Below are positions 1 to 11,643 of a stretch of 64,000 bases of DNA, in pieces. Positions within the stretch are counted from its first letter, which is position 1. Each line of letters begins with the position of its first letter. This DNA is from Callorhinchus milii (taxonomy: Eukaryota). Location: the NCBI RefSeq assembly GCF_018977255.1, contig NW_024704747.1:24924001-24988000 (forward strand), in the 5' to 3' direction. The translations under genes and the position numbers were made by a program. The notes below the pieces were generated by a model that searched no databases, had not been told where the DNA came from, and saw only the letters and a list, made by a program, of their open reading frames with translations.

Positions 1-191
1 TCAGAGGATTTGAAGGGGAATGTCTACTCTGTATCAGAATCCATCCAGAGTCTCGAAAATAGAAGGCATATAATCAAATACTTAGTGCAGATGTGGAGCA
101 GCATTACAAAACTTGCAAGTACTTAAACCACTCTTCCATGTTTATGACAGGAACAGAAGACAGTGTCATTGCTTAAGAACTCTGTCTCCTG

Positions 192-255
192 CAGCACTTT
201 GGGACGTCCTCCTGACGTGAAAGGCGTTATGTAATTTGTTGTTATTTGTTGCTGT
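192..255 (+). mobile_element. L2-type LINE 3' tail (TTG type)
   Basis: gcactttgggacgtcctcctgacgtgaaaggcg...ttgttgtt matches the end of the L2 copies at 2.9 kb and 46.7 kb. Confidence 0.85.
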
Positions 256-855
256 TTTTACATCTGAAAGTTCAAATGCAGAGCTAACCATTGCTGTTAA
301 ACATGGATATTGCAGCATGCATCATGCCATGAGAAATTTGTAATTTGGCATTTAGCATTTAGCATAATTTCTCCAGCTAATTCTTCCCTTCAAGCAATCA
401 CTGTCATGGAATCTGTTCAACATCTGTTTTTGTTTCAGGGTATTTTTATCACTGAAGATGGAAAGGATTAAACCCATAAATCGCGGTGGCTTTGCCAGGT
501 ATTGTGGAAGAATTGGCATTGATTCCGATAAATTCCAGCATTTTATACAAGCATTCCAAGTAAATCTGTGTCAGGTGGCGATATCATTAGCAATGAAGTC
601 CTGGAAAAATGAAAATCATGAAGCAGATGTTAGGTGAAGATCAGCAAAAGTGCACACACACCAAAAGCAAAGAAAAAATGACGGCATCTTTAGTTATGCT
701 CCATTCAGATGTAGAAAATATGTTATGGTTCCCAATGTGATGCTGCACAAATATAATAAACAAATTAGACCATGTTATAGAGATAGAGGCTGAATGTCAG
801 AAACAGAGAAGCTTGAAAATTTACAGCAGGTCAATCAGCATCTTACAGAAGAAAG

Positions 856-968
856 ATAGAATCATAGAATATAACAGCATAGAAGGAGGCTATTTGGCTC
901 ATTGCGCCTGTGCCACTAGCTCTTTAGAAGAGTTACCCAATCAATCTCGCTCCCCCGCTCTTTCTCCA
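856..968 (-). mobile_element. CR1-type LINE 3' end
   Basis: atagaatcatagaat is the reverse complement of the ATTCTATG terminal repeat, followed by CR1-like 3'UTR. Confidence 0.7.
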
Positions 969-1486
969 TTTAAGTTCACATTTTAGGGAAAAAAACTTTT
1001 ATCAAAACTATAAAATGCATCTGTGAAATGTGACATCTAATGAGATCCATTCATTGTATGACAATGCTACAACCATTTGCAGTGCCCCTTTTCACCCATT
1101 ATTTCTAACAATTAAGTATTTTTGTAGGGAAAAATAATTTCAGGCTGTACTCATTTGTTCTGGGAGACGGATGAAGAGAGTAGCAAACACAAACAACACT
1201 TGAATCAATACACTATGAATTGACTCAGGCACTGAAGAATAAGAATAGATATGACAGTCTACGGAAAGAAAAACTATGACCTTGCAACTATGATCTATGG
1301 AGACCTAGGCATTAAAACAACAGCTTTGATGAAAAATTTGATCAACTAGGAATCAAAGCGTTAGCTAGGTGAGGGTTTTGACAGTCCGGAAACATGATTG
1401 ATGCAAAGTAATGGTTATGAGCTGTCAGAATGAGCAATGAATAGCAACAAGGGTTGCTCAAAATGTAGTTGTCTATGGAGCATTAT

Positions 1487-1577
1487 AATAAAATAATCCT
1501 TGCATTTGATATAGTGCCTTACCACATCGTTGAGATGTCTCAAAGCGCTTCACAGAATACACTGTAAAGTGAATTTG
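1487..1577 (-). mobile_element. SINE 3' tail (TTA type)
   Basis: Reverse complement of ...gtgaagcgctttgagac...tatcaaatgcaaggattatt. Confidence 0.85.
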
Positions 1578-1844
1578 GCACCACTTTCATTCCCAACGTT
1601 AATTTTTAAGAATGATCATTGGCACACCAACAGATAGAAAACAAACATACGAATTTCTGCTTCAACCTCTTATCACAAAATTCTTCTGTCAATGATGTAA
1701 TACGAAATCTACATCATCAGACATTTTATCTTGTAAATAGAACAACTTTCTCATTCATGGCTGCAAACTCGATTATTTAGCCTAATGTCACTCAGTGGTC
1801 TATTTGTTGTTTCAACATATCTTATTACATTTTGAATTTAACTT

Positions 1845-2140
1845 CTCAAGCCTGCTTACACCCCACTCCTCTTCCTGCCCGCTTTGCTCAGTCAGTTCTT
1901 GCCCCCTCTTCTCCACAGCCAGCCACTATGCTTTCAGCCAATATGCTCCGAACCTTTGGAACTCCTTCCCTCAATTCCTCTGCATTGCACCTCTTTGCCT
2001 GTCTTCAGGTTGCATCTGAAGTCCTTCCTTTTCAACTATGCCTACGGTCACCTCCACTTTCTCCCCAGCTTTGTGCCAAGTTCCGTCATTTTTAAGTATT
2101 CTGAAACACTATTCTGCTATATAAATGCAAGCTGTTGTTA
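1845..2140 (+). mobile_element. Older L2 3' fragment
   Basis: Translates to AFSQYAPNLWNSFPQ and LKSFLFNYAYG (L2 ORF2 C-terminus); ends tataaatgcaagctgttgtt. Confidence 0.8.
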
Positions 2141-2300
2141 CTATTTAACCTTCATCATATTTTTGATGAAAAAAGTATTATTAATAACAATTAACCAAAT
2201 TAACTATTTACCTATTAAGTTTATTAAGATCATTCTCAGTGCTTGTTTTCTTCTAAATTAGTTTTATTGGTAAATCATTGTTCCTACCTCTTCCTTTCAG

Positions 2301-2908
2301 GTTAATCTTATGGTCGCATCAAGGCTCGACTACAGGAACTCCCTCCTCATCGGCCTTCCCAACTCTTCCCTTCACAAGCTGCAGATCATCCAAAACTCTG
2401 CACCTCGTGTACTCTCACGCACCAGGCTCCGTGACCCCATCACTCCCACCCTCGCCCGACTCCACTGGCTCCCCATCCCCCAGAGGATCGAGTTCAAGAT
2501 CCTCGTCCTCACCTTTAAGGCCATCCATGGCCTTGCCCCCTCCTACCTCTCTGACCTGCTGACTCCCTACCAACCTGCCCGCTCCCTCCGTTCATCGGGC
2601 TCTGGTCTGCTCCATGTCCCCTGCCCGACCCGCCCTACCATCGGTGGCCGGGCTTTCAGCCTCTCTGCCTCTACACTCTGGAACTCCATCCCATGGTCTC
2701 TTCGCCTCGTTTCCTCCCTTGCCTCCTTCAAGGCCGGTCTCAAGACCCTTCTATTCGGCTGTGCTTTTGGTCTCCCTCCCACCTCTCTGCCTTCCCTCAC
2801 CCCTACCCCACCCCTCCCCCATGCTCGGGCCCCGACACCTGACTGTTCACCTCTTTGGGACGTCCTTCCGACGTGAAAGGTGCTCAATCAATGTAATTTT
2901 GTTGTTGT
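2301..2908 (+). mobile_element. 5'-truncated L2 LINE, intact C-terminal part of ORF2 (2310-2876) plus 3' tail
   Basis: SRLDYRNSLL...LQIIQNSA...HWLPIPQRIEFKIL...RAFSLSASTLWNSIP...[10 protein letters not shown] are hallmark motifs of the L2-clade post-RT domain. Confidence 0.93.
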
Positions 2909-3861
2909 GGTTGATGTATATAACTGTGAATGTAAAAATCTACATGCGATTCTGGCGTGTACATGAGTTTATACATGAAAATACCATTGTTGTGTTATTC
3001 ATTTGTAGAAACCGAGGTATTATTTAGAGCTTGTGTTCAGTACACATGTTTATTTTATTAGTCTTAGAACATGCCAGGATTAGAAACATTGCTTGAAGCC
3101 ATCAATTTTGTTGATGGACAGAAAGACACAATCTGCTGGATAAAACAATTTAGGCTACATAATCACCAACAGTCTACATTTGTTCAGCCTAAGTAAGTCT
3201 GAACGTTTTTGGCATTGACTTTTTTTAAAAAAAATAAGACACGGCACGTTGTGCTATAAAATCAATACCACATTTTATTGTCATTAAGTGCATCATCAGA
3301 GGTTTATTATTTTGTGATGTCTTTTGCAAGTTTCTTTCAATCTCATTTTTTCCAAGGCTTACAAAAAAAAATGTGTTTATAATGAAACCTAAGACAGGCA
3401 TTTATAATTGAATCCCAGGCATGTTCGTCTGAGGTTGCTGGAACAACAGATTCAGAATGCAGATGGAGATTCAGAAGCAAATAAAAGCTTGGTTATGTAT
3501 GACAGTCAGGTGTCTTTGTAGCATGGTGTAAAGCAATCAGATCTCTTTGTACTACAAAGACAGCTAACTTCTACACCATTTGGTTTATCTGTTACATTAA
3601 CATGTCATTTGTCCAAGTATTTGTCTAATTTACTTGATTAATTGTAGGCAAAGTATTTTTCTTGGAACCTGGCAGTTCTTATTTCTCAATAGTAGAGGTT
3701 TAATGTTACTGGGAGTGTCATCTGGCCTCCAAGTCATGTTAATAATCTGTCCATCTAAAGCCGCAAATGTTGACCCAAATTTGAACTTGCTATCTTCATT
3801 GTGACGTTGTGTTCCAACAAAGCATTACACCTTTTTGCCTACGCTCTCCAGTGTTAGGTTT

Positions 3862-3995
3862 CAACAGCAACAGTTTACATTTATATAGTGCCTTTCACAT
3901 TGGGAGGACTTCACACAACTGTCTGGGAGCAGGAGGTGGAAGAGAGGGTGACCGAAAGCATGGTTGAAGAGATAAGTCCTAAGGAGGCGTTTTGA
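3862..3995 (-). mobile_element. L2 3' fragment
   Basis: Minus-strand KRLLRTYLFNHAFG followed by gtgaaaggcactatataaatgtaa..tgttg tail. Confidence 0.8.
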
Positions 3996-4183
3996 AGCTA
4001 CATTTTTTTCCTTTATGCACCAACTTGTTGCGTCAACTAATAGGTATCGCAATGGAGTTTTCTTAGATTAATTCATATTTTCCAGGGTAAATTATTTTAA
4101 ATAGGTTTGGTTAGAACGGTGTCCTTCTACAGTGGCTTCAGTAATGAAAATGAATGGAACCCAGATATTAATCATCTGGTCTG

Positions 4184-4250
4184 TAACAACAGCAACAACT
4201 TGCATGTGTATGGCGTTCTTCATGCCGTCGGATGGCGTCTCGGAGAGTCT
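4184..4250 (-). mobile_element. Degenerate L2-type tail
   Basis: aacaacagcaacaacttgcatgtgtatggcg.. is the reverse complement of the tail. Confidence 0.55.
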
Positions 4251-4604
4251 GTAGCTGATAACACGGGAGTGAAAATTCTCTCGCGTCACAAGGCACCACA
4301 AGGAATGAGTTATGACTACAGCTGTAAGAAAGTTGTGATTTTTTGAGGTCAACATTTGTGGCCGCAGTTTGCGGTTGTGGTTTTGGTAAACTCGGGGTCT
4401 GGTACTTACAACTTCCGTTGGACTATCCACCTGCCCATCAACTGGTCCTACACCTCTATTGGGCTATTCGCTTGTCCATCGACCATTCCTGTGTTCTCAG
4501 TGGATCATTCTACTCTACTGACAGGCAGGTGGTCGAATGTGAGCACACGCTCACTCACTGGAGGTACTCACTGTCCTCATTACAAGTTGGGGCAACTGTA
4601 AAAA

Positions 4605-4735
4605 ATAATAATAAATACAATGATAATCCTTGCATTTCAGAAACACCACATCGTGTTGTTGAGACATCTCAAAGCGCTTCACAGAATTATATTGTAAAGT
4701 GAGTTGACTGTGTATTCTGTGGGCGAAATTGCAAT
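4605..4735 (-). mobile_element. SINE 3' part (TTA type)
   Basis: aatccttgcattt...tctcaaagcgcttcacagaat...ttgactgtgtatt. Confidence 0.85.
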
Positions 4736-5594
4736 GTGCTGGGAAAAGGTCCGGCTTCCGCAAATAAATCATGACTTGCCATATTCTTACAGCCTTGCTT
4801 ATGACCGATTGCTCATTTCTAACTACATTGCCCATTTGTGACTAATTGGATGTTTTCCCGCGCAGTTGTGTTTGGTGGGATGGGGGGGTGGAGAGAGAGA
4901 AAGGCATAGCAATGAGGCTACCAATAGACCACACGTGGTGATGGGAGTGATTCATCAGCCTCCGCTTACAGCCCTTTTTCATTTTTCATCACTTATGCAG
5001 CAAAGTCCTTTTTACTCCATGCTGGAAAATTGTTTATTATTTTAAATGATATTCTTTGTGTAGAAAACCCCATGCTGTAAGGTGGCACTTTATCATGTCG
5101 TTCCATTTCTGAAGTATTTTGATGCACACAGTTCACATTTATGCTCTGGACCCTCATATCTTCACTGTAGATATTGTGCTCATAATTCGTAAAAACTAAT
5201 TTTCTCTGGTGTCATAAATATTACGTGGTGCTTTCCAATGCATAAATTTCTCTGATTGTATCATGTGTTTTGTTAATGAACCCATATATTTCTGTAGTAG
5301 GATGTATATTCAGATTTATGACTTCTAAGACAAATACCGCAAAATGTATTAAATGTATGTAAATCTGACTAACCAACTAGGGTTCATTTCAAGCAAAAGC
5401 TGCAACAGGGCAATTTGGCTTATTTTAACCAGGTCTGACTGTCTCTTTTTTTCAAATGGTTGAGTGTTTATTATGCATCAGTCCAGCGTGTATGTGTTCA
5501 GTGGGGAAAATACAATCTTGTGGTAATTACTGTACATCAGCCCCAAAACAGCTATACTATTGTCAGAAATAACTAGACTGCAACATTGTAAAGC

Positions 5595-5935
5595 TCCACA
5601 ACCCGTATCCCCCTGTGTGAACCCAGCCCTCTTAACCTCACCCTGCTCCACCGGCTCCCTAACCCCTAACGGATTGGCCTTAAGATCCTTCAACTTACCT
5701 TCAAAAGCTTCCACAGCCTTGCCCCATCCTACCTCTATGATCTCCTTCGATCCTTCTTCCCTGTGCATTGCCTTCACTCCACCAACTGAGCTGCCCACAT
5801 GTGCGCTCCATGTGACCATTGGCAGATAAACTTACAGCCATTTTACTTCACGTCTCCCGAATTCTCTTCCCAAAAGTACTTTGAGATGTTATACCTATAA
5901 CGGCACTATATCAGTGCAAATTGTTGTTGTTCTTG
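5595..5935 (+). mobile_element. Old degenerate L2 fragment
   Basis: aagatcctt..accttcaaaagcttccacagccttgccccatcctacctc aligns by eye with 2496-2550; ends ttgttgttgtt. Confidence 0.7.
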
Positions 5936-6179
5936 TATTGTGGCAACAGTATGGTTCTGGTTTATTGGTTTTCTACCAGCTGTTGTTAAATCATTTTCTA
6001 GATGCTGCAGAGAATTTAAAATGTGCTAATTTATTGGAATGCAGCAACAACAGCAGCTGTAGCGTTGCTGATTGAAACTAATATAGCACGGTTTGGGCTT
6101 GCAGTGTTTCTGTCGACTTTGTAGACATTAAATCTTTTCAGTACACTTGCTGCAATTAACTTTTTGTGTTGTTTTAAAT

Positions 6180-6545
6180 CGGCCAGGAAGGTCTCTGGTC
6201 ATTTCAATCGCTGGTCTGTATTCTGAGTCAGCTGCTTTCAATCTGGGCAGTGGCAAAACCATTACAAATGGCCTCAGCTACCGGGTTCGAGAGCACAAAA
6301 TCGGACAGCCCTCTTGTTCCTCTTCACTCTCCAGCAACTCCCGAGGAAGGGTGTGCAGACGAGGACAAGATTGAGGTCAGCTGGAGTGCCCTTGTGGTAA
6401 TAGCCTGCTGACACTCACTGTCAAGGTTCACATATGAATAATGACCACTTAACAAGATACCAGAGGGTGCCCAGCATCTGCAGCACAGGACCTCCATTAG
6501 AAAGGGAAAAAGGAGTCTAAACGCCTTCAGAGAGAAAGGGAAATG
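6180..6545 (+). mobile_element. Ancient SINE-like interspersed repeat (family not named)
   Basis: Shares cactcactgtc..gg(c/t)tca...gaa(g/t)aatg core with 29781 and 57701. Confidence 0.6.
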
Positions 6546-7489
6546 GGGGCACACTGACAGAGAAAATTGATGAGGAAACTACAAAAGTAGGTCACGATTT
6601 AACATTGGCAAGGATGACAATGACAATCAAGTAGTTATTCATACCATTTCAATATATATTTGCATATGTATGATATGTAAAATTGCAGGTCGTGTTGGAA
6701 GGCATGCTGAGCCTTCATTAATACCGGTTGGATTTTGCTGCTTTAAAATGAACACACGGATACGAACAGCTGCAAAAGTAAGAGCAAATGGCATCTCCAT
6801 CATTTCATCAACTGCACCATTCCAAAACTGCCAGTTAATTAAGCTTATCCAGTATTAGAGACAGACGGGAGGACTTGAGAAAATGAAATTATTTCACTGG
6901 ATCAGACTCAGTCATCTGACACCATATTTGACATTTTCCGAATAAACCTATCTGACCATCGACCCAATATCTTGACCTCTGATTTCCTCCTCCTGTACAC
7001 TCCATATTCACTTTACCACCACGACATCATGTTTGTCTTTCAAATCCCCTCCATTTATTTAATGTCCACTTTGAATGAGTGAGCGGTGAAGATGAGCAGT
7101 TCCAGAGTCCACATTATTTTCAAAATTGCCCTTCAGAAACAGCTGTTGATGTCTTACATCCTTAACAAAGAAAACATCATCTATTGGACATGACAAAAAC
7201 TGCTTAATATCTGCATTCTTTCCTGCTTTCCTTCTGTGGAAGTATTTTCATGAACATCATTTATAAACGTTGTGAACTGCAGAGATCCCAAGATTGTTCC
7301 TTGGGGTCCACCCCCGGACATAGTTATCCCATTACTGTTTATCTCCAAAGTGGTGGTCAGAAAATAATAATAGAACTTTTGTTTTATTTTATTACTATAT
7401 CAATTTTATTTGTGTCTGGGGTATGACAAACCCTGAGGAGGCTTTAATACACCAATATCTTTACATTAAGTGTCTTTCATTCCTTTACT

Positions 7490-7620
7490 GCTCCAAGTAG
7501 CTATTGGAACTGGGACCCATAACAGTATTTGATAGGAAACTGGATGAATATTTGAAAAGGAGTCATATCAAAGGGTACAGGGCTTAGAGTGAAGCCCACT
7601 GGGCTTAGAGTCCTGGTAGA
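7490..7620 (+). mobile_element. CR1 3' fragment
   Basis: tttgataggaaactggatgaatatttgaaaagg...aagggtacaggg resembles the CR1 ORF2 end. Confidence 0.6.
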
Positions 7621-7675
7621 CCATTCCATAAAGATACACTTCCAGGATTAAGGTTGTTACTTCATGCTCACTCCA

Positions 7676-7874
7676 ATATTCCTTCAAAAAACAATTGCTT
7701 ACCCAATCCACGACTGTTTGTGGGACACTGCTGTGCACAATTGTGTGTTGTGCACAATTGTGTGTTTCGCTCACAAAATATACAGTAAATTCACTTGACA
7801 GTATATTCTGTGAAGCGCTTTGAGATGTCTCATAGACGTGATAAGGTGCTACAACAAACACAAGGATTATTATT
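7676..7874 (+). mobile_element. 5'-truncated Deu-type SINE with internal 17-bp tandem duplication (tgtgcacaattgtgtgt x2)
   Basis: Matches 48050-48226. Confidence 0.9.
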
Positions 7875-8404
7875 AAAATTAAACAAAGGGTAGGATGGGT
7901 ACAGGCCAAGCCCAAGGTGGGGAAATATAGCTTGAGAGGAATTGGAGTTGACATGAATATTGTATCTTTTTTGGTTTACCTTTGAACAAATTTATTATTG
8001 ATAATATTACGATACACTTACAAAAAAACCTTATTATTGGTATACGTTTGAACAACATGTTTGGTTTTGCCACGATTCAATTGAAATCTACAAACTGTAT
8101 CAAGGAAAAGGGTATACGTACATATAGATGATACAATACACTTCATATAATATTAAATTAGTCATCAATTTGACCCATTTGACCCATGCGGATTTACAAT
8201 CGTCTTCAGTTGGCACCTAGGCTTTAAACCTGGACTTGCAACTAAATGTTTTGTGTTTTGGTGTAAAGCTGGCTCGGTGTTAACCTTGTCCAAAAAGGAG
8301 CAATTAATTGGTTTTGGGTTTGGAGGTTATTAAAGCAGGATTTTTTTTTTAATTTAAATGTACCGTTACTCCTATTCAGATGATCATATTGCATCTATTG
8401 TGCA

Positions 8405-8510
8405 ATAACAATAGTAATAACAATCCTTGCATTTTACGTGGCATCTTATCACGTCTTCGAGACGTCTCAAAGGGCTGCACAGAATATACTGTATTCGGTG
8501 AATTGAATGC
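8405..8510 (-). mobile_element. SINE 3' tail (TTA type)
   Basis: ttatcacgtcttcgagacgtctcaaag stem-loop, reverse orientation. Confidence 0.85.
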
Positions 8511-8696
8511 ATCCATTTACCTGCAATATCGCGAAGTAAGTGGTGTAAACTTTTCTTTTTGGAGTGGGGGGAGGGGGGGGGTTGATTGTGAATGTGAAAC
8601 ATTTATGCATTGTAGGTGAAATATGAATTTTGCATTTGAGGTGGCTTTTGCATTGCTACATATTCTGCTGGTTTTAAAGGAAGATTAGATGACCCA

Positions 8697-9065
8697 GGGA
8701 GAGACACGAAGAGGGGGGTGGAGGGGGGGAGGGAGAGACACGAAGAGGGGGGGGGGAGGGAGAGACACGAAGAGGGGGTGGAGGGGGGAGGGAGAGACAC
8801 GAAGAGGGGGTGGAGGGGGGGAGGGAGAGACACGAAGAGGGGGTGGAGGGGGGAGGGAGAGACACGAAGAGGGGGATGGAGGGGGGGAGGGAGAGACACG
8901 AAGAGGGGGGTGGAGGGGGGAGGGAGAGACACGAAGAGGGGGGTGGAGGGGGGGAGGGAGAGACACGAAGAGGGGGTGGAGGGGGGAGGGAGAGACACGA
9001 AGAGGGGGGTGGAGGGGGGGAGGGAGAGACACGAAGAGGGGGATGGAGGGAGGGAGAGACACCAA
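8697..9065. repeat. G-rich minisatellite, unit about 29-30 bp: GGGAGAGACACGAAGAG(G)nTGGA(G)nA, about 12 copies
   Basis: Tandem units visible; G-run lengths vary. Confidence 0.95.
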
Positions 9066-9372
9066 GAGTAGGGAGGAGGGACAGGAGGGAGGGAGAGAGA
9101 GACAAGGAGGGGGGAGATAGAGGAGGTGAGGGAGAGACAGGAGGAGAGGGAGAGAGAGACAGGAGGAGAGGGAGAGAGACAGGAGGAGGAGAGGGAGAGA
9201 TAGGAGGAGAGGGAGAGAGAGACAGGAGGAGGGAGTGAGAGAGACAGGAGGAGGGAGGGAGAGAGACAGGAGGAGGAGAGGGAGAGACAGGAGGAGAGGG
9301 AGGGGGGGATAGGAGGAGGGGGGGAGGGGGGGATAGGAGGAGGGGGGGAGGGAGAGAGAGAGAGAGACAGAC
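9066..9372. repeat. GA-rich low-complexity tract
   Basis: GGAGAGGGAGAGAGACA-type degenerate units. Confidence 0.9.
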
Positions 9373-9605
9373 ATCAGGAGGGGGAGTGAGTGAGTGAGTG
9401 AGTGAATGTCCTCAGCTGAGCTGAATGCTGTGTGTGTGTGTGTGGACTGATCCGCTTCCCCCACCACACGCTTTGCCAAGTCCGCAGCCAGAGGACAAGG
9501 GAGAGACACACAGAGAGAGAGAGAGAGAGAGAGACTCGGGGCAGCAGAGAGAGAGGGTGCGGCGAAGGTGAGGTTGAAATCATGTGGCTTTATAGTCCCC
9601 TTTCA

Positions 9606-10320
9606 CCCCACACAGACACCCCTCCCTCACCCCCCACACACACCCCTCCCTCACCCCCCACCACAGACACCCCTCCCTCACCCCCCCACACACCCCCCCC
9701 CCCCACACACACCCCCCCACCCCCCCCCCACACACCCCTCCCTCACCCCCACACACACACCCCTCCCTCCCCCCCCCACCCCCCCCCCCCCCCCACACAC
9801 ACCCCTCCCTCACCCCCCCACACACACACCCCTCCCTCACCCCCCCCACACACACCCCTCTCTCACCCCCCACACACACACCCCTCCCTCACCCCCCCCC
9901 CACACACACCCCTCCCTCACCCCCCCCCACACACACACCCCTCCCTCACCCCCCCCCCACACACACACCCCTCCCTCACCCCCCCCACACACACCCCTCC
10001 CTCACCCCCCACACACACCCCTCCCTCACCCCCCACACACACACCCCTCCCTCACCCCCCACACACACACCCCTCCCTCACCCCCCACACACACACCCCT
10101 CCCTCACCCCCCACACACACCCCTCCCTCACCCCCCACACACACACCCCTCCCTCACCCCCCACACACACCCACCCCTCCCTCACCCCACCCCCCCCACA
10201 CACACCCCTCCCTCACACACCCCTCCCCCACACACACACCCCTCCCTCACCCCCCCCCCCACACACACCCCTCCCTCACCCCCCCCCACACACACCCCTC
10301 CCTCACCCCCCACACCCCTC
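9606..10320. repeat. C-rich minisatellite, unit about 23-28 bp: (CA)nCCCCTCCCTCA(C)n
   Basis: More than 20 tandem units visible. Confidence 0.95.
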
Positions 10321-10429
10321 CCTTCCCTCCTACCCCATCTTATTGTCTTTGCAAACGCTGTTGTGCTGGGGGTGGGCTGCAGTAGTGGAATGTAGGTGAG
10401 AGCACAGACACACACACACAGGGCAACAA

Positions 10430-11470
10430 AGGCAACCGCGACCCCCCCCCCCCCCCCACCCCGGGGTGCGGGAGGGGCTGCAAAGCCTCCCCTCGTGTCT
10501 CCCCCCCACACCCCCCGGGAGGGGCTGCAAAGCCTCCGCAAACCTCCCCTCGCGCTGCAGCGGCCGCCGCCGCTTTCTTTCAAGGCGAACTCCAGCTTCT
10601 CCTCTCCTCCTTTTCTCTCCTCTCCTCTCCTCCGCCCCCGTCTGCGACCTCCTTCCCCCTCTCCATCCCTCTCTCTCTCTCCCTCTCACCTTNNNNNNNN
10701 NNNNNNNNNNNNNNNNNNNNNNNNNNNNNNNNNNNNNNNNNNNNNNNNNNNNNNNNNNNNNNNNNNNNNNNNNNNNNNNNNNNNNNNNNNNNNNNNNNNN
10801 NNNNNNNNNNNNNNNNNNNNNNNNNNNNNNNNNNNNNNNNNNNNNNNNNNNNNNNNNNNNNNNNNNNNNNNNNNNNAAAGTTTGCCCCGTCCCGGACCGA
10901 CGTAAAGCGCCGCTTCTGCGGGGGGAGGGGACGGGGAGGTGAGGGGGTGAGGGGGGGGGACAACAACAAAAAAAAGGGCCCCGGACGGCGGCCGGGACTG
11001 AAGGTGCGGAGGGGGGGGGAGCGGGAGTTGGGAAAGAAAGGAGAGGGGGGGGGACAGCTTAGGCCTGAGGCGGGGTGGGTGGGTGGGGGTCGGCCCGAGC
11101 TTTGTGATAGCGGCTGCGCCCATTGCAATTGAGCCAACGACTCGGGGCGGCGGGAGTGGGGGGGGGAGTGGGGGTGACGGTTGGTGGAGGGGGTGACGGT
11201 TAATTCAAACCCTTTCCCTCAGTCGCCGCAATTGGCCTCTCTTGTGTGTCGAGTCGAGTGTGTCAGTACTTGTGAGGGAGGGAGTGTGTGAGGGAGTGAG
11301 TGTGAGAGGAGGAGGAGGAGGAGGTTATTGTGGCAGTTGGAGGTGCCGAGGGCCCGGGTTTGACGGCACTTTGTGGTGAAGGGGGGACCGCGCGCCGCCG
11401 CCGTTGTTGTTGTCGTCGTCGTCGAAGGGCGTCACGTCACGTCAATGTGGAGCCCCTATATAGCCATTTT
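10430..11470. promoter_or_regulatory. CpG island, probable SESTD1 promoter
   Basis: The only extended CpG-dense GC-rich block in the window, about 6.4 kb upstream of the ATG exon. Contains GC boxes, ATTGG, CGTCA x3 (11430-11444) and CCTATATAGCCATTTT (TATA/CArG-like plus YY1-like). Confidence 0.8.
10693..10876. other. Assembly gap (184 N)
   Basis: Run of n. Confidence 1.
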
Positions 11471-11540
11471 TCCCAAACAGAAGGGGATTTGATTTGAGCC
11501 CTTGTGGTGTGTGTGTTGGGGGGGGGTTGTGTGTGTGGGG

Positions 11541-11573
<33 letters not shown>

Positions 11574-11643
11574 GGGAGCTGGTGGTGGGCAGAGAGAGAG
11601 AGAGAGACAGAGAAAAAAAATACTGCAAGTCGTTTATTTCCAG
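11250..11643 (+). other. SESTD1: Candidate non-coding first exon of SESTD1 (5' end uncertain)
   Basis: Strong donor CAG|gtaggt at 11643/11644 at the 3' edge of the CpG island. The ATG exon has an acceptor, so an upstream exon is required. Confidence 0.5.

Noticed and set aside
425-620. Apparent splice-site-bounded segments on both strands
   Set aside because: Stops in most frames and no recognisable protein; cannot be separated from chance
6268-6411. Short ORF MASATGFESTKSDSPL... as the first exon of another gene
   Set aside because: Lies inside the ancient interspersed repeat seen elsewhere in the window; no downstream exons found
1-8400. 3' exons of ZNF385B, the upstream neighbour expected from human synteny
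   Set aside because: No zinc-finger or other matching coding sequence seen
8697-9065. CRISPR-like array
   Set aside because: Units are contiguous with no unique spacers; vertebrate context; no cas genes
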